Below are positions 49,801-61,097 of a DNA stretch of 64,000 nt, one piece after another. How positions within the stretch are numbered: the first letter of the stretch is position 1; each line of letters starts with the position of its first letter. Where the stretch lies: assembly GCA_032718475.1 (NCBI GenBank), contig JAUCBJ010008780.1, forward strand, positions 1 through 64,000, written 5' to 3'. Source of the stretch: Nemertoderma westbladi (Eukaryota; Animalia; Xenacoelomorpha). Under the pieces are notes generated by a model. That model searched no databases, was not told where the DNA came from, and was given only the letters and a program-made list of their open reading frames with translations. The translations under genes and the position numbers were made by a program.

Positions 49801-52030
49801 AGGGATACTGTTACTCTTTAGACAGCGCCGATTTGCCTTCACTTGTGACATCGAGGCAATGTTCTACCAGGTGAGAGCCTGCAAGGCGGACCAAGATAGT
49901 CTCAGATTTCTCTGGTACGAGAATGAGGACCTATCAGGCCCAGTAGTTACATACCAGATGTACGTCAGAATATTCGGTGCCCGCGACAGTCCCAACGGCA
50001 CGCTGTTTGTCTTAAAGAAAACGGCGACAGCCCAGATTGGAAATTACCCGGTAGACATAATCGAGTCCATCTTAAGAAACTTTTATATGGACGATGGGTT
50101 GGTGTCAAAGGACACGGCAGAACAAGCCATAGATGTGGCTCACGGTCAACAGGAGTGCCTGGCTATGGGAGGGTTCCCGCTAACCAAGTTTACCACCAAT
50201 TCGGAGGCTTTATTGGAGTCATTCCCGGTGAAAGATCATGGGAGCGGAGACATCAAGTTGGGTGTAGAACCCATCCCTATGGCGCGAGTACTGGGACTCA
50301 GATGGAATCCGAACACGGATAAATTTCAGGTGAGGGTAAGATTTGAGCCCAGTAGCCCAGACAAAACCTTGACTAAGAGGATCTGCTTGTCGACCATGAG
50401 CAGACTATTTCACCCGATGAACTTTATCAGTCCAGTAATATTACAAGCACGAATATGTATGAGGAAAATATGGCTGTCCGACTTAGAGTGGGACGAGCCG
50501 ATATCCCCAATACACGCGAAGCAGTGGAGAGAGTGGGAAGCCGAGTTGCATCTATTGAAAAATATAGATGTACCCCGCTCCTACTTTCCAAATCAGCTGG
50601 TATTTCCAGCTGTTTAGAGCTGCACTTATTCAGCGACGCAAGTGACACTGGCTTTGGTATGGTAGCCTACCTTCGCCGAGAGGGAAGTCAGGATAAGTTT
50701 TAAACGGCCTTTGTTACTTCTAGATCAAAGACAATGCCAATCAAATACATGACTGTCCCTCGTGCAGAGTTGCAGGCAGCAGTAGTATAGGTCGAGGTAA
50801 GTAAACAGATAAGGGATGACTTAGACACGACCTTGACATTATTCTATTGGACGGACGCATCTTTGGTGCTAGTGTATATTGCAGCTGATAATATCGCACT
50901 AAAGACATTTGTAGCCAACAGACGTGCCCAGATCGTTGACTTTTCAATGAAGGAGCAATGGAGACATTGTCCAGGAGTGTTAAACCCCGCCGACATAACT
51001 TCACGAGGTGCCATGCCATCAGAATTCTGTCAGGAAGATTCCCAGGAGTTTTGGTTACATGGACCGGATTTTCTGACAAGGACACAGGAACATTGGTCAC
51101 AGATGCTGAAGATTGTTACCAATCCGATGCCGATAGACGCAGAGGTCAAGTTAGCTAAGGTTTCCAAGTCCAAGTCGAAGGCCAGACTAGAATCACTGTA
51201 GCGGCCTGAGGAATCATTGGAGCGGCCTGAGGAATCATTGGAGTGGCCCTGAGACTTGTCGGACCAAGAGACATATGTGACTACAAGGTCCGGAAGGGTA
51301 AGTTATGACATAAAACCACCCTTACAGACTGCCCAATGTTCACAGTTTGTAAGTGACGGACAGCAAATAATCACAAAGGTGGAGCCTTTGGTTTACAGAT
51401 CTGCGGATTTGGATTCGAAGATTCCATTAGCAAATACGCAACCGTCACCAACACTAGAGCCATGTAGTATTTATGACAAATTGATAAAATTGTCCGCCTC
51501 TTGGCTGACGATTTGTAAGAGAACCGCGTGGTTGAGCCGATATGTTTCGTCCCTTTATTTAAAATATACGAAGCATTTAGGAGATTAAACAAGTACTAAC
51601 AGTGAGCGAATTCGGAAGTTGAAACAACCTCTGACAGAGACTGAGATCGATCAAGCGGAATTAAAACATTTGAGACATTATCAAATGTGTTCCTTCCCAA
51701 AATAATTCAATCTATTATCGGCTCAACAACCAGTTCTTTATAAACCCCTCAGGAGGTGGAGTCCACTAATACATAAGAGTTTGATTTGTCATAGATCATA
51801 GATCATCTGTTACAGCCAAGCAAGGCGGTAGGTACAATGTACAACGCATGTCTGGTTTGCAAGAGAGTAAACGCCAGAGTATTGAAACAGGAAATGGCTG
51901 AACTCCCGAAAGCGAGAGTACAGGCATACGATCCACCCTTTATGAACACGGGAGTGGATTGTTTTGTCCCGATTGAGGCAAAGAGTGGACGACTGATGTT
52001 ACGATATATGGCGCTGTGTACTACTATCAG
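46827..52030 (+). pseudogene. E3 BEL/Pao gag-pol remainder (decayed, 3'-truncated within integrase)
   Basis: DUF1759-like gag, CWACLAPAH..C, protease MLDTSS, RT FYMDD, RNase H FSDAS/YWTDA, CLVC..PPFMNTGVDCF; many stops and frameshifts; no LTRs recognised. Confidence 0.88.
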
Positions 52031-53619
52031 CCCATTATACAGTATAAAATATTTAGATAAGTCATAATGATGTACGGCCGTAATTAGATAGGGCAATAAA
52101 ATATCCAGTTTATATATTTCATCCGTTTTTTGTATAGTATGTAGTTGGAGTACATAATTTTGTAATAAAACCTTAATAAATAACCTTATTAGTGGCAAAC
52201 TCCTATAAAACCTTAATACGAATTTGCCGTTTATCTATATTAACTGAATTAATTGTGCATTTGTGCTAATTTCCATTTATATTTCCCTCTAAATTGGCTT
52301 TATATCGAATTGTGCTTAATGTACTTTAATAATCACAAAATTAATGTTATGGCCAGCAACCTATAAGCCCACCGGGACAGAATCATTACCTTATATGGTA
52401 ATAATTTGCGATTTAAGGGGGAGAAGGAGCACAATCCGGCTTCCCTTTTGGCCCAGCTGTTCCAGGTTGGTCCAATGGCTTGTTGTACCAATGAGACGAT
52501 TATTGCGTCATCCCTATTTCATCATCTATAAATTGGCCGTGTTCCGGTATGTGCTATGCAATATTTCCTTACCCTTATGTCCTTATTCTTTGCGATATAA
52601 TGTGTAATTTCTTCTGCCCTTAATGCTGTTATTCTGCTTCTGTGTTTTGCTGATTATGAATTCTTTGCTTTTCTTTTTTTCAAGTACGTAAATTGTTGAT
52701 AATGATTACTTCTTAAATACAATCTCGAACTATGATTTCTACATTTAATTCTTGATTTCTATGTAATTGAAATGCGATAATCCTACGGGATTTCTCTTAG
52801 ACTGTCAGACTGTTTTGCGAATGCATGCGCCGATACGGTAGCTATTTGTTTTAACAGGGAGGGCTAAAGTACCGGTAGGTGCGGTGGGCGCACCGGGGGG
52901 AAGCGACGAAGGGAAGTGCAGAGGATCCAAAGCGGGGCGACACTGGCGGGGGCCACCGTTGCGGTCGGGGCTAGTCAGTTGAGGACCGGGGACCAGCCGC
53001 TGTTACAGTATTAGGGGGCTGACGATCCAGATTTTCGTCTCTACTTTGTAGTATTAGGGGGCAGAATTTGGGTTTAGTTAGGATTCCTATGTGTGGCTTT
53101 GTGTGACCTGTGGTTCGGTTCTTACACTGACTGTCTGAATGACTAATACTGGCATACTGATGTACTAATGTACGGGTATTTAGTGTACTGGCTGATTGGT
53201 GATGTTAGCGCTATCTGCTGTACTACTAGCTTATTGCTACGCTATTTGTGTTGTGTTGCTAAAGAGGGCCTGAATGAATGTGAATGCTTAGATAGGCGCT
53301 GTTTCCTTGATTGATTTCCATTTCTTAGTTTATGTTTATTAATTGCTGATTAGGTCAAAATAATACAGTATTTAGGCTGTTGCTAGTATAACCCAGTATG
53401 TAATAAATTAGAAGTACGTATTCTGGAACATCTAGTAATTTGTACGCAATTTTGTATTTGTGACTGTAATTAATTTAGTGATATTAAATAAAATAAGAAT
53501 TTGTACGCAGCATAGCGGAGAGTAGTTTAAGTGATTGTTTAGAATACTGTAGACTATTCACACTAGGCGGTTATTTGAAAATAGCGGGGCAACAGGCTGA
53601 CATCAGTATCCAGTATACA

Positions 53620-54693
53620 GTAGTAAGTTTGCTGGTCTCCGGTCAGGTCAGGTATTCTAGGTCATTGATCAAGAAAACTTGCCACCTCCATGCAGCATAA
53701 AGGAGGTGCCACCTGTAGCTGCATAGACCCTCTTACTAGGGCAAATCTGGTCCTGTAACTAGGACCCCCTTCGTTCTGGGATAAGGACGCCCTTGGTCCT
53801 GGATTAAGGACCCATATACTTGGCTGCAGGGGTATATGGCCTGACCAGGCAGATGGTGATCTACCAATGGCTGGTCAGGAGTAGAGTGTTCTCATGTCCA
53901 CTCTGAGAGCACTTCACTGCGACCTGCACCTGGCAGCAAGGGTACAGGGCATGACCCAGCAGATGAGCTGCAACAGCCAATGGTGGGTCATGTGCGCCAG
54001 AGTAGATATGGGTGATGGGCCTCATATCTGACTCCATTGCGACACCCACCCTGTGGAATGGCAAACCAGGGTGTGGTATTTGCCCCGAGAGCTGACTCGG
54101 CAAAAAAGCACCCCCCAACCCCCACTATGGATTACATTAGCAATGCGGAGGTCCGGCCACTAGAGGCCAGTGGAATTACCGGACACAATCGGCCTCACAG
54201 GCGTCAGTTAACTCCTGACCGGCTGCCTGTCTCACCCCCTACTGGAGAGAGAGCAGCCAACAATTCTTTGAGTCCCTTTCCTGATGACCTTTCTGGCCCA
54301 AACCCTGGGTCACCAGGAAGGCCAGATTGTGATGGGGAGAGGGATTCTGGAGTTGGAGGCTACTCTCATGTTCCACCCCGACCAACAAAGCCATTGGTGA
54401 ATCTGAGGCAAGTCACAAGACTAGCCTCAGTAAACACCCTAACACTCGGGTCCCCAATGCGACAAGGTGAGCTGACTGCCTTGGCAGATAAGCTTTCTCT
54501 TAGCGCAGTGGGTGTTCAAGAGCACCGAATGCAGACTGGACAGACTGATGAGGTTCTGATTAAGGACATGGGGGGTGGTTGGCGACTCGCCCTCGCGTCA
54601 GCAGATGATAGTGGCAATGGTGGAATTGGTCTATTGATGAATCCAACTGCACATGCAGCATTGGACAAAATAGACCAAATCTCTAACCGCATC
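53620..54693 (+). mobile_element. 5' end of an RTE-clade LINE (structured leader plus APE endonuclease N-terminus), cut off by the Polinton-like element
   Basis: RLASVNTLTL...VGVQEHR...GGIGLLM...ISNRI are APE motifs; the frame is interrupted at AGTAGT 54694. Confidence 0.8.
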
Positions 54694-55339
54694 AGTAGTA
54701 AGATGAACCCCTTTTCGGCGACAGTTTAGTCCCACTTCGCACCTTGGGTGTTAAGTAGGTCATTAATTAATTAACCAATTAATTAATTGGTCGATTAAAC
54801 AATTAATTAATTGTTTAATCAATCGATTTGTATCAAATAATGTTGCCAAAGGCAATTTAATTTGATACAAATCAATCAGATAGGGACGCGCGATGAATAA
54901 ATTGTACTACAGCAAACGAAATATACAATACATAGGCACTGTCATACAATATACAATACATTTGTATTATTTTTGCCATACAGTAGGTAAAGATAGAATT
55001 AAATATAAAGACACGAGCGGGGCCCAAAACATAAATTACCCACTCACGATAATAAAGTGGCCCAGTTTGGCCCCTGAGTCATCCCTCAATAATCTGTGGC
55101 TGTTGGGCTCTTATTAACCGTAGCATGACTAACCCAAACATCAATGCGTGAATGGGGCCTGCCTACAGAGCTTTAAATTATTCAAACCTACAGCTTCGTT
55201 ATTACATCAATTCATCCAAGAAATTAGAATAAACATCTGCTCTTGCAATAGTTTGCATTCTTTCATATTGTATTGCGAAGCAGTTTACGCATGCATTAGC
55301 TCAACAACAAAGGCCATACCCAAACGCCATGTGTCAAGT

Positions 55340-55409
55340 CCATGTGAGGGTTGAACCCACGACCTATTGGAGATGTGAATTCAAAGCAACCACTACACCA
55401 AGGTGGAAC
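55340..55409 (-). ncRNA. tRNA-like Pol III unit in the left arm (same family as the SINE head at about 11510-11580)
   Basis: A box TGGTGTAGTGG and B box GGTTCAACCC. Confidence 0.5.
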
Positions 55410-55477
55410 AGTAACGTTTGAATTTGTTCGTTAACGTTCGAATTTGTAAGACTCTGATTTAAGACCTGAGGCACTCC

Positions 55478-55707
55478 CCACAACCACAGCCACATCCACA
55501 ACCACAGCCACAGCCACAGCCACAGCCACAGCCACAGCCACAGCCACAGCCACAGCCACAGCCACAACCACAGCCACAGCCACAACCACAACCACAGCCA
55601 CAACCACAGCCACAGCCACAGCCACAGCCACAACCACAACCACAACCACAGCCACAACCACAGCCACAGCCTCAACCACAGCCACAACCACTGCCACAAC
55701 CACAGCC
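55478..55707. repeat. (CCACAG/CCACAA)n hexamer array, left arm
   Basis: Directly visible. Confidence 0.95.
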
Positions 55708-56118
55708 TCACCTTCACCCACTTTATTGTTAAATACGCCTGAGAAAAATTCAAGAAACATCTGGTTTACAATAGATTATTCTTTTTTCACAACTCCATTC
55801 TAGCCTCCCTCTATAAAAGCCCCCATTCACCGCAACTGGTCATGTAAATGTTTACTGTTACTGTTTACTGTCTAAATGTTAAATGTAACTGTTTAACTGT
55901 TTTGATGTTCTTTGTTTAACCCCTATATTATTTATCCAAAGTTGAAAAAGAAAAATGAAATATAGTCGACTATTTTCTTATTTTTAATATAGCAACATTG
56001 AAATATATATTTATAACATAACACATATACATATACATATAGCAGAGTAACATTTAAGATATAACACATTGTAACACATAAGATATAACACATTGTAACA
56101 TTTCATTCAATTGTCTAA

Positions 56119-56877
56119 TTATCTTCTGCACTGTCTCGCATTAACTGTACGACTGTTACTGTTCATAATCCTAGGTAGATATACAACAGTTGCTGGAGAT
56201 ATAACTTTTCCATTCCCTACTCTGATTTTCTGTCCATTTTCATTGTCATTCTCCTCTGATGCTTCCTCACTGTCATCGCTTCCCTCCTTTGATTCTTCCT
56301 CACTGTCATCGCTACTCTCCTCCGATTCATCCTCATCACTCTCATTTCCTTCATTATCACTCTCCTTATGCGAATGTTTCTGCATTTCATTCAATTGTCT
56401 AATTATTTTCTGCAATTTATTTTTATTTCCTAATACATGTCTTAATATCTCCTCATTATCTGAGTCATTATCCTCACCACTTTCATGTTCCTCGACTTCT
56501 TTCTCGCTCTCATTTTCTTCACCACCACTCTCATTTTCTTCTTTCTCTATCTCACTCTCCGTTTCATCATTCTCACTTTCCTCTGATTTATTCTCTTCCT
56601 CACTCTCATCGTCCTTTTCACTATGTGGCTGTTTCTGTATATTCTTCAAAATATTCATGATTTTCTCGAATTTATGTTTCATCATTTGTTTAATCTCTAG
56701 AAAATCACTCTCAACTCTCTTTTTGTTTTCTTCTTCACTAAAAATATCATCATTATTTTTTAATTTCTTTGGTAATGGTTCCATTACACCTTCCTTTCTA
56801 TGTATACTCATATGACGGGATATACTGTCTCGTCTCATTTCTTTATTACAAACCAAACATCTTTCATAGCTAGGCAT
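56119..56877 (-). CDS. 252-aa protein with an N-terminal C2H2 finger, NLS-like segment and two acidic repeats
   Basis: CLVCNKEMRRDSISRHMSIH, PKKLK, duplicated helix plus E/S/D-rich blocks; upstream TATAAAA (57018-57024, minus) and TCATT initiator-like motif. Confidence 0.7.
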   Translation of the reverse strand: MPSYERCLVCNKEMRRDSISRHMSIHRKEGVMEPLPKKLKNNDDIFSEEENKKRVESDFLEIKQMMKHKFEKIMNILKNIQKQPHSEKDDESEEENKSEESENDETESEIEKEENESGGEENESEKEVEEHESGEDNDSDNEEILRHVLGNKNKLQKIIRQLNEMQKHSHKESDNEGNESDEDESEESSDDSEEESKEGSDDSEEASEENDNENGQKIRVGNGKVISPATVVYLPRIMNSNSRTVNARQCRR

Positions 56878-57128
56878 TATATAGCAATGTCAATTGATAT
56901 TATGAATTTTCGCTGAATGATTTTACAAAATTTTAAATAAATAAAACTTTTATGAAAATAAATAAAACTTTTAAAAATAAAAATTAGAGAATGAATGAGA
57001 ATGCGGTGAATGGGGGCTTTTATAGAGGGAGGCTAGAATGGAGTTGTGAAAAAAGAATAATCTATTGTAAACCAGATGTTTCTTGAATTTTTCTCAGGCG
57101 TATTTAACAATAAAGTGGGTGAAGGTGA

Positions 57129-57742
57129 GGCTGTGGTTGTGGCTGTGGTTGTGGCTGTGGCTGTGGCTGTGGCTGTGGTTGTGGCTGTGGCTGTGGTTGT
57201 GGCTGTGGCTGTGGCTGTGGCTGTGGTTGTGGCTGTGGCTGTGGTTGTGGCTGTGGCTGTGGCTGTGGTTGTGGCTGTGGCTGTGGCTGTGGCTGTGGCT
57301 GTGGTTGTGGCTGTGGCTGTGGTTGTGGCTGTGGTTGTGGCTGTGGTTGTGGCTGTGGTTGTGGCTGTGGTTGTGGCTGTGGCTGTGGTTGTGGCTGTGG
57401 TTGTGGCTGTGGTTGTGGCTGTGGCTGTGGTTGTGGTTGTGGCTGTGGCTGTGGTTGTGGCTGTGGCTGTGGCTGTGGCTGTGGCTGTGGTTGTGGCTGT
57501 GGCTGTGGCTGTGGCTGTGGTTGTGGCTGTGGCTGTGGCTGTGGCTGTGGTTGTGGCTGTGGCTGTGGCTGTGGCTGTGGCTGTGGCTGTGGTTGTGGCT
57601 GTGGTTGTGGCTGTGGCTGTGGTTGTGGCTGTGGCTGTGGTTGTGGCTGTGGCTGTGGTTGTGGCTGTGGCTGTGGTTGTGGCTGTGGCTGTGGCTGTGG
57701 TTGTGGCTGTGGTTGTGGCTGTGGCTGTGGCTGTGGTTGTGG
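57129..57742. repeat. (GTGGCT/GTGGTT)n hexamer array, right arm, about 100 units
   Basis: Directly visible; inverted, expanded counterpart of 55478-55707. Confidence 0.95.
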
Positions 57743-57810
57743 GGAGTGCCTCAGGTCTTAAATCAGAGTCTTACAAATTCGAACGTTAACGAACAAATTC
57801 AAACGTTACT

Positions 57811-57880
57811 GTTCCACCTTGGTGTAGTGGTTGCTTTGAATTCACATCTCCAATAGGTCGTGGGTTCAACCCTCACATGG
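57811..57880 (+). ncRNA. tRNA-like Pol III unit in the right arm
   Basis: Inverted copy of 55340-55409; a TTTT run follows at about 57896. Confidence 0.5.
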
Positions 57881-58457
57881 ACTTGACACATGGTGTTTTG
57901 GGTAGGGCTTTGTTGTTGAGCTAATGCATGCGTGGACTGCTTCATAAAGTACAATATGAAAGAATGCAAACTATTGCAAGAGCAGATGTTTATTCTAATT
58001 TCTTGGATGAATTGATGTAATAACGAAGCTATAGGTTTGAATAATTTAAACTCTATGGCAGGTCCCATTCACGCAGGCCCCATTCACGCATTGATGTTTG
58101 GGTTAGTCATGCTACAGTTAATAAGAGCCCGAACAGCCACAGATTATTGAGGGATGACTCGGGGCCAAACTGGGGCCACTTTATTTTCGTGAAAGGGTAT
58201 ATTTATGTTTTGGGCCTCGATTGCGTCTTTATATTTCATTGTAGAGTATAACTCAACAAGGGGTTCCATGGGATGCTTAATCCTTCACGCATGCCATACC
58301 AAAAACTATGGTTCTGTTTGAAATGTTAAGGTGGACCTTTCTATATAAATAAAACCATGTAAAGTTAGATCATTATCTCTAAAAATATTAAGTGAGGTTT
58401 TTAAAAGTTTTTTAAAAAGTATATCTCAATAAATTTTGTTTTTTGTCTTTTGTTACT

Positions 58458-58760
58458 ATGGAATATTTCATATGTCCTTATGATGCCACACACAGAATTC
58501 ATTCAGAAAAATATGTTACGCATTTAAGAAAATGTCGTAAGAACTTTTCGAATCAAAAAATGGTTCAGTGTCCTTTTCAACCCGCACACAGCTTTAGAGA
58601 AGCTGAAAAGGATCACCATTTGCGGTTTTGCGAATATAGGTCCAGGAACTCAATTTTTCATATATTAAAAGAACAGAAAAAAGAAGAGAAAAAAGAAGAG
58701 AAAGAAGAGAAGAAGGGAGAATGTTCAATGGCGTGGGGAGAAGAGGTGTGGGATTATTGA
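58458..58760 (+). CDS. GTSF1: GTSF1/Asterix-like protein, 100 aa, with two CHHC U11-48K zinc fingers
   Basis: CPYDATH-x9-HLRKCRKN and CPFQPAH-x9-HLRFC match the GTSF1 tandem fingers; C-terminal WGEEVWDY resembles the Trp/acidic PIWI-binding segment; TATATAAA near 58342 and TCATT near 58370. Confidence 0.88.
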   Translation: MEYFICPYDATHRIHSEKYVTHLRKCRKNFSNQKMVQCPFQPAHSFREAEKDHHLRFCEYRSRNSIFHILKEQKKEEKKEEKEEKKGECSMAWGEEVWDY

Positions 58761-59984
58761 TCACATGGTGTTTGGGTAGGGGTTTGTCTTTGAGTTAATA
58801 TGCGCGTGGACTGCTTCATAAAGTATAACGCAAAAGAATACAAACTATTGCAAGAGTAGATGATTATTCTAATTTCTTGGATGAATTGATGTAATAACGA
58901 AGCTATGGATTCAAAGGGATTAGTCAAACTGGGGCCACTTTATTTTCGTGTGAGGGTATATTTATGTTTTGGGTCCCGATTCGTGTCTTTTTATTTAATT
59001 CTACCTTTACCTATTGTATGGCAAAAATAATACAAATGTATGTATATTGTATTGCACAGTCCTATTGTATTGTATATTTCGTCTGTTGTAGTACAATTTA
59101 TTCATCGCGCGTCCCTATCTGATTGATTTGTATCAAATTAAATTGCCTTTGGCAACATTATTTGATACAAATCGATTGATTAAACAATTAATTAATTGTT
59201 TAATCGACCAATTAATTAATTGATTAATTAATTAATGACCTACTTAACACCCAAGGTGCGAAGTAGGTCCAACTGTCGCCGAGAGTGGCATACTATTACT
59301 ACTGCGCTTATTTCTGTCTTATAACCTGTAAATATACTCATTCGTTTATTGTTTTGGTTAGATTCACCCCTTCTATAACCTGTGTTTTTGGTGAAAACCT
59401 GGTATTCTTCACATGGGGGTAACTGCAAAGTGAAATATAACGGCAGAAAGACTGGTATTCTTCACATGGTCCTTTAATTAACTCATATTTGGGTTTAAAA
59501 AGATTGTAATTACGGATTGGATTATACAAACAAATACGTACAAACAAATACAAATACTAATATTGAAATAACTCATATATATTTAATTTAATTTGTTTAA
59601 TTACTGTAAACAGCAATAACTGCCATATAGATAATATACCAGCACCAATAATTATATTTTTTATTAATTATATTTAATTATATGTGGATATGTACAAGTA
59701 TAACGCCCCGAATTCAATAATTATCCGCCAAACCCACCCTATGGATCCCCGCCCCATCTCCGAACCCTAACCCTCGCAAAGACCGCCATCCACCACGGAG
59801 GCAGAGGGAGCTGGACTGGAGGAGCGCAAACTGCAGCCACCGGCAAACACCCCTGAGGACACATGCGAGGCCCCTTAATTATTTTGCACTTAGGAGTTCG
59901 TATTATTCCCACGTGTGGTGCCTTCCCGGCACGCCAAAATCTCCCCCTCTGAGTCATAGTTCGCTCCTCCCATCTTGGCATCGT

Positions 59985-61097
59985 CTACCCAAACACTACC
60001 CATGGTGCCATTCCTGGCTGCTCGCCCAACCTGATGATGCTCCCCGCGAAATCCATCGCCGGCTCCTCGTGCACCCAGGTCCGCTTGCCGGGTTTATCCC
60101 CAAAGGCCCTTGCCCCGCTGGCCGTCACCACTCTCCCGCCCACCCAGTCCGTATCTGAGTGGCCGATCCTCTCGATGGGCGGCATCTCCCCGAACTCGTC
60201 GCCATCTTCCTCCGTTGCTGGGAGTGGATCCAGGCCCAGTATCCCGGTAGATCCACCGTGCTCCTTTCCGCCTTGGCCTCCGCCCGTTACTCTCCACCCT
60301 TCCTGTTCCCTTGGTCTCTTCCTCACAAAATCACCCTCAGAGCCCGCTGGCATGGGCATCGCTTGCAATCCCGATGTCGACTGTTTCGTTGATTCTTCCA
60401 TCCATCCTAGCTCCTCCCCCAGAAACTCGCCCGAGCTGCCTGATCCCCACCTCAGCTTGTCCAAGTTCTGGGCCTCAAATTCGCAATCCTCTCCCTTATC
60501 CTCCGCCTCTCTCTCATCTGCCTCCCTCCTTTCTTGCCTGGCGACTTCTTCCAGTCGCTTCTCCTCAAGTCTATTCGCTTCTAGCTTCTCCCATCTCTTG
60601 TATGGTGTATCCACCTCCATGTCTACTAGGTGCCGGCTGTTGTACTACACCGACTCGCCCTTCAGCCCCGGGTGTTCTACCAGACCTTCGAAGGCCACCT
60701 TAAAGGCTCTTCTGTAGTTTAGAGGTGTTCCTGATAGCAGAAACGCCGTCGGCTCTCTTCCAATAACCACAGCCATGAATAGGCTTAGTAAACCTATCAT
60801 TACCCAATCATCCTGTAGGATATATCTCTTCTGATATATCTTTAATGCTCCTCTTCGGAACTGATACACCTCCTGTTTCCCTGGCCTCGCTCCCCATTTC
60901 AGCGAGTTCGCCAGCTCCGCTCTGTACTCCTCCCGGAACTTACCCCAGTCCATCGGCTTGTGGCAGACAAGTCCCATGAGCTGGCCCATCGCCACTGCTT
61001 CCCATTGCCCACTCCATGCTCCTCCCGGAACTTGCCCCAGTCCATCGGCTTGTGGCAGACAAGACCCATGAGCTGGCCCATCCCCACTGCTCCACAA
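59985..61097 (-). pseudogene. E4 additional 3' ORF of about 370 codons with one in-frame stop at 60645
   Basis: ORFs 60645-61097 and 59985-60620 share a frame; no recognisable domain. Confidence 0.45.

Larger units (their letters stand above)
54694..59303. mobile_element. Non-autonomous Polinton/Maverick-like element with very long inverted arms
   Basis: AGTAGT...ACTACT termini; left arm 54694-55834 mirrors right arm 57002-59303 (which has an extra insertion); no pPolB, integrase or capsid gene; no 6-bp TSD found. Confidence 0.7.

Noticed and set aside
52030-53620. GC-rich patch near 52860-53060 and short ORFs
   Set aside because: No recognisable motif, termini or homology within the window.
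57076-57856. Poly-WL and poly-VA ORFs (and their mirrors at 55364-55760)
   Set aside because: Translations of the hexamer array.
54688-59309. 6-bp TSD for the Polinton-like element
   Set aside because: Flanks CGCATC and GCGCTT do not match and the LINE does not resume on the right, implying later deletion or recombination.
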